From Dehalococcoidia bacterium (GTDB taxonomy: Bacteria > Chloroflexota > Dehalococcoidia > UBA2979), in the NCBI GenBank assembly GCA_040902395.1, contig JBBDXH010000089.1, forward strand, positions 1 to 32,772: a stretch of DNA of 32,772 nt, read 5' to 3'. This document shows positions 25,865 to 32,772 of the stretch, one piece after another (positions within the stretch are counted from its first letter, which is position 1; each line of letters begins with the position of its first letter). Made by a program: the position numbers and the translations under genes. Under the pieces are notes generated by a model. The model was not told where the DNA came from. It ran no database searches and worked only from the letters and a program-made list of their open reading frames with translations.

Positions 25865-26695
25865 CTACAGGGGAAGTCCGGTGCTGAAGAGCAGCCCGCG
25901 CGCGAGCACCTCGCCCGCCAACACCGCGCCGAGCGCGATGTAGAGCAGCCCCGTCGCCGACATCATGCCCCGGATCTGAGCGGCTCTCCACGCAAGCACG
26001 GCGAGCACAGCCGGGAACACCAGGCCGACGCCCACGCGCAACCAGTACGCCGGATTCTGCCCCAGGCTCACGCCGAAGCCCTCGCTCAGCGGCACTTCGC
26101 GCGCCGGCAGTACGGTTGCTGCGGCCACGAGCACGCCCTGCACAACCAGCGCTACGAACACGATCAGGGCCATCTGCTCCATCGACTCCTTGGGGAGCCG
26201 CCCCGACGTCAGGTACCAGTGGCCCCACATCATCGCCATCAGCGCGGCGCCGAGCACCCCGGCGCCGACCAATACGCTCGCGAGCATCAGGGCGTACGAC
26301 CAGGTCGGCGCGGCGATCAGCGCCGCGAGCAGCCCGAGCGCGATCACGCCGGACGCACTGCCCGCGACCGCCAGCACGACCGCCGCGCGATGCCGCTCGA
26401 GCAAGGCGGCCACGAGATGCGCGATCGCCAGCACGAGGAAGATCACGAGCGCCACGCGCAGCCGGCTGCCCCAGTCCGGTTGCAGGGCGTAGCCGTCCAG
26501 CTCGGCCGTGGCGCCCAGGACGGCGTCCAGCCAGACGGCGAGCACGGCGAGCGGCACGATCGTGAGTGCGCCGGCCTTCACATACCCGGCGGTCACCTGT
26601 CGTCGCCCGTCGAAGACGGCGACCATCGCCAGCGACCCGACTGCCAGCTCGACGAGCAGGATCAGCAGGGAGTACGGCAATGAGGCGGCGTTCAC
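25865..26695 (-). CDS. Polytopic membrane protein of unknown function
   Basis: About 8 hydrophobic helices; MMWGHWYL and MMSATGLLYIA motifs; upstream TTGTTC-17-TACGAT promoter. Confidence 0.75.
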   Translation of the reverse strand: MNAASLPYSLLILLVELAVGSLAMVAVFDGRRQVTAGYVKAGALTIVPLAVLAVWLDAVLGATAELDGYALQPDWGSRLRVALVIFLVLAIAHLVAALLERHRAAVVLAVAGSASGVIALGLLAALIAAPTWSYALMLASVLVGAGVLGAALMAMMWGHWYLTSGRLPKESMEQMALIVFVALVVQGVLVAAATVLPAREVPLSEGFGVSLGQNPAYWLRVGVGLVFPAVLAVLAWRAAQIRGMMSATGLLYIALGAVLAGEVLARGLLFSTGLPL

Positions 26696-26756
26696 GCGGC
26701 GCCGATCGTAGAAACGGGCGCCGGCACGAACAACCCGACGGAGCGGATGCCGGTGC

Positions 26757-27143
26757 TCACGCCGGCAGATCGGCCACCCTCACGCCGTACTGGTACACCG
26801 CGATCGGGTTGCCCGCGGGGTCGGTGAACGCGAGTTTCACGCCGCCGGGGATCTCGTGGTAGTCCTCCGTCATCGGCACCCCGCACGCCAACAGGTGCGA
26901 TTTGAAGGCCGCGATGTCCGCGACGCGGAACCCGGGTTCCCATGCCTGGTCGCTCGTCCCGCGCTCGTGAATGCCGATATCCACGTTGGCGAGCCGCACC
27001 TGTGCCCACTGCGGAGTGACCGTCTGGACGGTCGCCCCCAGCACATCGCGGTAGAACGCCACCGTGGCCGGAACATCGTCGGCCCGCGCGAGCACGAGGT
27101 CGAGCAGTCCGATGTCGGCGCCTCGTGGCACGCCATCGCTCAT
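26757..27143 (-). CDS. VOC / glyoxalase family protein
   Basis: DDVPATVAFYRDVLG, FRVADI, FTDPAGNPI; GGGGGA RBS. Confidence 0.88.
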   Translation of the reverse strand: MSDGVPRGADIGLLDLVLARADDVPATVAFYRDVLGATVQTVTPQWAQVRLANVDIGIHERGTSDQAWEPGFRVADIAAFKSHLLACGVPMTEDYHEIPGGVKLAFTDPAGNPIAVYQYGVRVADLPA

Positions 27144-27190
27144 GGCGTCCCCCCTTTCGCGGCTCCCGGCATGCTATTCGCCGGCGAGCG

Positions 27191-27219
27191 TTGACAGGCG
27201 ATCGGGGCCGCCGGACGAT
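27191..27219 (+). promoter_or_regulatory. sigma70-type promoter, leaderless arrangement
   Basis: TTGACA - 17 nt - GACGAT - 8 nt - ATG 27228; no SD. Confidence 0.6.
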
Positions 27220-27227
27220 GGCGCGCG

Positions 27228-27752
27228 ATGCCGCAATACGTCGTCGCGCAGTACGGAGACAAGCGGCGCTACCTGATGAAAGCGCTGCGAGAGATCGCGC
27301 ATCGCATCGAGAGCATCGTGGTGGGGCTGGACGAGCACGCGCTCACCGCGCGCCCCGGCGACGCCTTCGACGAGGAGTGGTGCGTCAAGGAGATCGTGGG
27401 CTTCCTGCGCGATAGCGAGCGCGAGGACCTCCGCGCCATCGAAACGATGATCGAACGGGACGGCGCGCCGATCGCGGCGCGCAAGGCGCAGTACGGCCCC
27501 ATGGACCACGACTATCGCGCCGCCCGCGTCGAGGAGCTGGTGTGGGACTTCATGATGCTCCGCGAGGAGACCGTCTGGAATCTCCGTACCGCGGGCGGCG
27601 CCTGGGACCATTCGGGGACCGATCCGTACCGCGGGCCGGTCACGATGATCGAACGGGTCCAGGAGATGAATGAGCGCGATCTCGACGCGATGTGGCGCAT
27701 CCAGCGCCTCGTCGATCACCTCGCCTCGGCGCCGCGCGGGCGGCGCGGATAA
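27228..27752 (+). CDS. DinB/YfiT-like protein (degenerate metal site)
   Basis: LTARP...EWCVKEIVGFLRDSE, REETV..L, W...G.DP..GPVT pattern of DinB_2 proteins. Confidence 0.75.
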   Translation: MPQYVVAQYGDKRRYLMKALREIAHRIESIVVGLDEHALTARPGDAFDEEWCVKEIVGFLRDSEREDLRAIETMIERDGAPIAARKAQYGPMDHDYRAARVEELVWDFMMLREETVWNLRTAGGAWDHSGTDPYRGPVTMIERVQEMNERDLDAMWRIQRLVDHLASAPRGRRG

Positions 27753-27776
27753 CGCGCCCCGGGGAAGCCGCCGACC

Positions 27777-29603
27777 TCAGTACGCCGGCGCGCTGAGCGC
27801 ATCCTCGATCGCGTGCACCAGTTGATCGGGGTCGGTCAGCGGCGCCGTGCAGACCGAGCCCACGCACACATACGCCACGCGCGGCCGATCGGGCGGCAGC
27901 CGGAGCTGCTCGATCAGCGTGCGATCGCCTGCCAGGTAGAGCCGCTGGACGGTGCGCGCGGCCAGCGGAAGGCGCAGCGCCGCCTGATGCAGCGGGTCCG
28001 CGACCCGATCCGGCTCGCCCGGCGGCGTCTCCGCGACGATCTTGATCTCGGCCTCTGCCGAGAGCATCCGGTCGGCCACGCGGGCGTAGCCCGCGTCCTC
28101 GACGCGCAGGTCGGCGACAGAGCCGGCGAACTCGCCGAGCGTCTCGTGCGCCGTGCGCAGGAATCGCTCGTCGTGCGTGAGCCGGCCGAGCCAGAGGAAC
28201 GCCTCGGCGGCTTCGGCATTCTCGTCCACGGGCTTGAGACGCTCCACGAGCAGACCGGTCAAGTCGTGGCTGTCCGCCGTGTCCCAGAAGCCACGACCGG
28301 GATCGCGCCACTCCTGCTCGAGCACGCGGGCGAGCCCCTGCGCGCGCTCGAGGTAATTCGGACGCCCGGTGACTTCATATGCCTGGAGCAGCGCGAGCAT
28401 CGTTTGCGTCTGATCGGCGAGCTGGCCCAGTCCATAGGCCGCGCCGTCCCAGGCGTGGTACATCCCGGCCTCGCCCGCCGGCATCTCGGTGAGCAAGAAG
28501 TCGACGGCGCGCAGTCCACGCTCGGTCCAGTCGCGCCGGCGAAAGGCGATGCCGCACTGCATCAGCCCGCGCGCGAGCACGGCGGTGGCGGCGGTGTACA
28601 CGCGGTCGTCGACCGCGGGTGCGCCGTGCGCGGCGCGGCCGGCGTCGTCCTTCTGGTAGTACGCCTCGTCGGCGTCCTGCGAACCGAAGAAGCCGCCGCT
28701 TGGCTCACCGAGCACCGCGGCGAGGTACGCGATCACCTGCGCCGCGAACGGCTCCGCCCAGTCCTCCGCGTCTTCGTCGATCAGCGCGAACTCGCCCAGC
28801 GCGAGCAGCATGGCGCCCTGCTCGCGGCTGAGCTTCTCGTAGTGAGGCTCGGTCCAGTCAGGGTGCGTTGCGTAACGAAAGAAGCCGCCCTCGACAGCGT
28901 CGAACAGCGGGCTGGCGGCCATCTCCGCGAAGGTGAAACGCGCGCGGGCGAGCGCCCGCGCATCGCCTCGGCGGCGATACGCGTAGAGCAGCAGCCGCAG
29001 CACAGCCACGTTCGGGAATTTCAGCTGCGCACGCGGGTCGTCATTCCCGACGCGGAAGCCTCCGTGCTCTTCGTCGTACTGCGCGCCGAGCTTCTCCAGC
29101 GCGGCGTCCAGCATCTCGGGCGACAGGAAGCCGCCGACGGTCCCGAGCAGGAGCCGGCGCTGGCGCTCCACGCGACCGGCTTCGACCTCCCCGGCGATGC
29201 CCTCGCGGTTGACCAGCCAGCCTTCGTGGACGCGCCGCAGTACGTCGACCATCTGGTCGGCGCGGAGATACGTCACGGCGGTGATCACGTCACCCTCGCT
29301 CGTGAGGAAGGCCGTAGTCGGCCAGCCGCCCGCGTTGTAGCGCGCGTCCACGTCCGGGCGCTCGTCGGCATCGACGCGCACGCAGACGAAGTGCCGCGTC
29401 AGCAGGTCCGCGACGGCGGCATCCGAGTACGTCGACTCGTCCATGACATGGCACCAGTGGCACCACACGGCGGAGATCGAGAGCAAGACCGGCTTGTCCT
29501 CGGCGCGCGCATGCGCGAAGACGTCCGGACCCCATGCCTGCCACGGGATCGCGTCTGCGTGGTTCGGCCGACGAGAGAAGTGGAACGGGCTGTGCTCGGT
29601 CAC
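27777..29603 (-). CDS. YyaL/Ssp411 family thioredoxin-domain protein (DUF255)
   Basis: IPWQAWG, KPVLLSISAVWCHWCHVMD, DERPDVD, GGWPTTAFL, GGFFRYA, PHYEK; GGAGG RBS before GTG. Confidence 0.92.
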   Translation of the reverse strand: MTEHSPFHFSRRPNHADAIPWQAWGPDVFAHARAEDKPVLLSISAVWCHWCHVMDESTYSDAAVADLLTRHFVCVRVDADERPDVDARYNAGGWPTTAFLTSEGDVITAVTYLRADQMVDVLRRVHEGWLVNREGIAGEVEAGRVERQRRLLLGTVGGFLSPEMLDAALEKLGAQYDEEHGGFRVGNDDPRAQLKFPNVAVLRLLLYAYRRRGDARALARARFTFAEMAASPLFDAVEGGFFRYATHPDWTEPHYEKLSREQGAMLLALGEFALIDEDAEDWAEPFAAQVIAYLAAVLGEPSGGFFGSQDADEAYYQKDDAGRAAHGAPAVDDRVYTAATAVLARGLMQCGIAFRRRDWTERGLRAVDFLLTEMPAGEAGMYHAWDGAAYGLGQLADQTQTMLALLQAYEVTGRPNYLERAQGLARVLEQEWRDPGRGFWDTADSHDLTGLLVERLKPVDENAEAAEAFLWLGRLTHDERFLRTAHETLGEFAGSVADLRVEDAGYARVADRMLSAEAEIKIVAETPPGEPDRVADPLHQAALRLPLAARTVQRLYLAGDRTLIEQLRLPPDRPRVAYVCVGSVCTAPLTDPDQLVHAIEDALSAPAY

Positions 29604-29663
29604 GATCGGCCTCCGGGGCCACTACGAATCGATCGTAGCAGCGCCCGGGCTCAGGCACGGGAC

Positions 29664-31574
29664 TCAGCCCGTGACGATGCGCCGCACCATCTCGACCGCC
29701 ACTTCGTAGCGGCCGAACGACGGCATGATGTAGATCCCGGACACGAAGTCGAAGCGGCGCGCGTCGTCCACCTGCTCCATCGCGATCTCGAGACCGGCGG
29801 CCAACCCCGCCTCACCGGCGGCGCGCATGCGCTCGCGCACGCCCGCCGGCACCACGACCCCGGCGAGTTCGTTGTGGATGAACTCGGCGTGCGGCGAGGA
29901 CACGAGCGGCATGATGCCGAGCAGCACCGGGACCGCGATCGGCCCGAGCCGTTCGAAGAACTCGCGCACGGTCTCCGCGTCGTACACCGGCTGCGTCATC
30001 ACGAGATCGGCGCCGGCATCGAGCTTCTCGCGCAGACGCCGGAGCTCGAGTTCGACGTCCTCGGCCGTGGGATTGGCGGCGCACGCGACGAAGAAGTCCG
30101 TCGCCCGGCCGATCGAGTTCCCGGCGAAGTCGACCCCTTCGTTCAGGCGCTTGAGTACGCGGATGAAGCCGATCGCGTCGACGTCCCACACGGCCGACGA
30201 GCGAGATGCCTCCGCCGGGGGGTCACCGGTGAGCGCGATGATGTTGCGGACGCCGAGCGCGTACGCGCCGAGCAGGTCGGACTGGAGCGCCATCAGGTTC
30301 CGGTCGCGCGTCGTCTGGTGGATGATCGTCTCGATCCCCACCGCGCGCTCGATCTGGACGGCGAGCGCCAGCGCGCTCATGCGCACCCGCGCCATCGGCG
30401 AGTCGCCGATGTTGATCGCGTCGGCACCGGCAGCGAAGAGCTGGCGCGCGCCTTCGATCGCCTTACGCGGATTCACGCCGCGCGGGGGATCGATCTCCAC
30501 CGAGATCGCGAACTTCCCGGCTGCCAGCTTGTCGCGCAGGCGCGGGGTCGCGCGCTCCGCCGATACTTCGCGCGGCTCGAGGGCCGTGTCGGCGGCGGCG
30601 ATCGCACCGCGCGTGTCCACCGTCTCGCCGACGCCGCCGATCACGCGGCCGCCGACGGCCGCGATGCCGGGCCCGGCGAGCGCGTCGCGCATCGCGCTGA
30701 CGTGCTCGGTGGTGGTGCCGCAGCAGCCGCCGATGAAGGCCGCACCCAGGTCCTTCGCGCGGCGGGCGAAGTCCGCGAAGTAGGCGGGCGTCGACGGGTA
30801 GACGAGGCGTCCCCCGGCGACGCGCGGCATGCCGGCGTTCGGCTTGACTGCGAGCGGCGCGATGTCAGGCTGTCCGGCGAGTTCGTACAGTATGTCGAGC
30901 GCGGCCTGCGGCCCGACACCGCAGTTCACGCCCACCACGTCGGCGCCGCCCTCCGTCAGCGCACGCGCGACGTCGAGCGGGCGCTCTCCGTTCGGCGTCG
31001 TGAGGGAGGCGGTGAAGTTCACCATCGCGATCACGGGCAGGTCCGTGGTGCGGCGGGCGGCACGCAGCGCCGCAAGCGCCTCGGTCAGCCCGGACATCGT
31101 CTCGATCACGATCAGGTCAACGCCCCCCTCGACGAGCGCGACGATCTGCTCGGCGAACGCCGCTTCCGCGTCCGCGACCGAGAGGCCACCGATTGAGAAG
31201 TCCCGCCCGACGGGTCCGACCGACCCGCCGACGAAGGTGGGCGCACCCTTGATCTCGCGTGCGTCGCGCGCGACCCGCGCCGCCTGGAAGTTCGCGTCGC
31301 GCACGCGATGCGCGATGCCGTCGTGCTGCATGAGATGACGGTTGGCGGTGAAGGTGTTCGTGAGGATCAGCTCCGCGCCGGCCTCGATGTAGTCCTCGTG
31401 GAGCTGTCGCACGAGGTCGGGCCGTTCGAGCACCGCGATCGCCCCGCGTCCGGCCCAGCCGCGCGCGCGCAGCGTGGTGCCCGTGGCGCCGTCCCCGAGG
31501 ACGACGCCGCGTTCGAGCGCGCGCAGGAAGGGGTGCTCCATGCGAGCCATGCGAACCGGCGGAGGCGTGGACAC
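29664..31574 (-). CDS. yitJ: Bifunctional homocysteine S-methyltransferase / 5,10-methylene-THF reductase
   Basis: DGATGT, GVNCGVGP, PNAGMP, GGCCGTT, then VEIDPPRG, RDRNLMALQSDLLG, TGDP, TQPVYD; start 31574 or 31550. Confidence 0.92.
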   Translation of the reverse strand: MSTPPPVRMARMEHPFLRALERGVVLGDGATGTTLRARGWAGRGAIAVLERPDLVRQLHEDYIEAGAELILTNTFTANRHLMQHDGIAHRVRDANFQAARVARDAREIKGAPTFVGGSVGPVGRDFSIGGLSVADAEAAFAEQIVALVEGGVDLIVIETMSGLTEALAALRAARRTTDLPVIAMVNFTASLTTPNGERPLDVARALTEGGADVVGVNCGVGPQAALDILYELAGQPDIAPLAVKPNAGMPRVAGGRLVYPSTPAYFADFARRAKDLGAAFIGGCCGTTTEHVSAMRDALAGPGIAAVGGRVIGGVGETVDTRGAIAAADTALEPREVSAERATPRLRDKLAAGKFAISVEIDPPRGVNPRKAIEGARQLFAAGADAINIGDSPMARVRMSALALAVQIERAVGIETIIHQTTRDRNLMALQSDLLGAYALGVRNIIALTGDPPAEASRSSAVWDVDAIGFIRVLKRLNEGVDFAGNSIGRATDFFVACAANPTAEDVELELRRLREKLDAGADLVMTQPVYDAETVREFFERLGPIAVPVLLGIMPLVSSPHAEFIHNELAGVVVPAGVRERMRAAGEAGLAAGLEIAMEQVDDARRFDFVSGIYIMPSFGRYEVAVEMVRRIVTG

Positions 31575-31584
31575 GACGGTGGCT

Positions 31585-31989
31585 TCAGGACGCCCGCGCG
31601 CGCCGAGATCGCATGATCAGGTACGCGCCGACGATGATCACCACCCAGACCGGAAGTGACACCCGGAGCAGGTGCAGATTGAACATGCTTGGCCACGCGA
31701 GGCCTCCCGCGAGCGAGAGCACGAGCACGACCGCCAGCACGGCGAGCAGCAACTTCGACTGTGGCTCGGCGGCCTGGGAGGGCGTTGACTCGGACCCGGC
31801 GGCCGGCATCACGAGCCACAGCACGAGGTACCCGACCACCACGGTGCCGAAGCCGAGCAGCGCCACGATCACGAAGCCGAGCCGCACCAGCGTCGGATCG
31901 AGATCGAGGTACTCGGCGATGCCGGCCGCGACTCCGGCGATCTTACGATCCTGACTTCGGCGCAGGCGGCGCGGTCCGTCGGTCGTCAT
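31585..31989 (-). CDS. PspC domain membrane protein
   Basis: LRRSQDRKIAGVAAGIAEYLDLDPTLVRL...YLVLWLVMP plus two further TM segments. Confidence 0.9.
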   Translation of the reverse strand: MTTDGPRRLRRSQDRKIAGVAAGIAEYLDLDPTLVRLGFVIVALLGFGTVVVGYLVLWLVMPAAGSESTPSQAAEPQSKLLLAVLAVVLVLSLAGGLAWPSMFNLHLLRVSLPVWVVIIVGAYLIMRSRRARAS

Positions 31990-32047
31990 AGCGCGGCGCT
32001 CCCTGTCACATTCGGATCGCGATCACGCACGCGGGACGGCGCGAGGC

Positions 32048-32503
32048 TCAGGCAGGCTGCTTCGCGCGCTCGCCGATCAACTGCTCGATGGTGTCGTAGT
32101 CCCCCTGGTTGATCCTGTGGAGGTTGCCCCGGAACGCCATGCCGAGCTTCTTCGGCCCGAGCTTGCGTGTCTTGTCGAGCAGATCGGTGATCTCGCGCAC
32201 CTCCACGTAGTCGCCGGACTGCGGGATCAGCACCGGCTTCGTCGCGATGCGGTAGGGGAAGTCCTCGTCCGGCTTGCCCTCCGACGCCAGTCCGATCTCC
32301 GCGTGGTCCTCGTACGCGTCCCCGGTCACCTCCACGATGCCGCCGAACTGAACGACGCCGGTGAGGTAGTAGACCAGCCGGTCGCCCGGCGCCATCTCCG
32401 CTGATTCGCGCTTGCGGCTCGACTTGAATGCGCAGAGGTCGAAGCCGCGCTTCCGCAGTGTCTCGAAGTTCTCGGGCGATCCGACGACGATCCATGCCTG
32501 CAT
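32048..32503 (-). CDS. EVE domain protein
   Basis: WIVVGSPENF, MAPGDRLVYY, FPYRI, INQGDYDTI; ATG 32503 preceded by GGAGG. Confidence 0.82.
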   Translation of the reverse strand: MQAWIVVGSPENFETLRKRGFDLCAFKSSRKRESAEMAPGDRLVYYLTGVVQFGGIVEVTGDAYEDHAEIGLASEGKPDEDFPYRIATKPVLIPQSGDYVEVREITDLLDKTRKLGPKKLGMAFRGNLHRINQGDYDTIEQLIGERAKQPA

Positions 32504-32590
32504 CGCACTCTCCTCCATGCGTTCACCCTCGAGTGCCGGGGCGGGGGGTCAGCATATCGGACGCGTGACATGGCTCGCCCGGCCTGTCAT

Positions 32591-32620
32591 ACGAAACGAG
32601 CCCCGCGGGGCGGGGCTCGT
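32591..32620 (-). terminator. Intrinsic terminator-like hairpin after the IscA-like gene
   Basis: Minus strand ACGAGCCCCGC-CCC-GCGGGGCTCGT followed by TTCGT. Confidence 0.65.
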
Positions 32621-32644
32621 GCGAGCACGTTTGCGGGACGCGCC

Positions 32645-32772
32645 TCATGCGCAGGGGCGCGGCGTTCCCGTGTTCCCGGACGTCTGGAATGACGAGCCGC
32701 ACGCACAGGACGAAACGGCGTTCGGGTTGTAGATCGTGAACCCGGACTTCATCAGGTCCTCGACGTAGTCGA
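32645..32772 (-). CDS. A-type Fe-S carrier protein IscA/ErpA/HesB, C-terminal part (truncated)
   Basis: Manual translation [41 protein letters not shown]; GF...NPNA...CxCGxSF signature. Confidence 0.88.
   Translation of the reverse strand, partial: DYVEDLMKSGFTIYNPNAVSSCACGSSFQTSGNTGTPRPCA

Noticed and set aside
27813-31196. 1127-aa plus-strand ORF
   Set aside because: Antisense shadow of yyaL and yitJ; Arg/Ala/Gly-rich with no motifs, typical of high-GC DNA.
32048-32503. EVE protein as part of a modification-dependent restriction system
   Set aside because: Stand-alone domain with no nuclease, ATPase or methylase neighbour in the window.

Overview
Very GC-rich bacterial chromosomal segment with about 36 genes and no rRNA, tRNA, CRISPR, transposase or phage genes. 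The gene mix (sufR-sufC-sufB-sufD, an LLM oxidoreductase, several hot-dog proteins, YitJ, SigK/RskA) suggests a Chloroflexota/Dehalococcoidia-like organism; this is an inference. Left to right: suf Fe-S operon with a near-consensus sigma70 promoter; MaoC/PhaJ, B12 acyl-CoA mutase large subunit and PhaB-like reductase; lipoprotein; FlaR-like kinase and SppA; a repeat-rich convergent intergenic region; aldo/keto reductase; M23 peptidase; Cys-type alpha/beta hydrolase; AlkA; SnoaL-like protein; formyltransferase-family gene coupled to ald; MFS transporter; an HxlR-HadA/HadB-like-PaaI operon; orphan GltD/NfnB-like flavoprotein; LLM oxidoreductase; Fur; AI-2E transporter; SigK/RskA; a membrane protein; VOC; degenerate DinB; YyaL; YitJ; PspC; EVE protein; and a partial IscA/ErpA. 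The most interesting signal is the mutase: it keeps the dicarboxylate-binding Tyr/Arg of methylmalonyl-CoA mutase but has a remodelled pocket (SWIF, QSLALSC) and sits between a PhaJ-like hydratase and a PhaB-like reductase, suggesting a different substrate or pathway. Also notable are a three-copy repeat/hairpin element at 9.8-10.1 kb, recurrent leaderless promoter architecture and terminators sharing a TTCGT tail. All calls come from reading motifs; no database searches were run.
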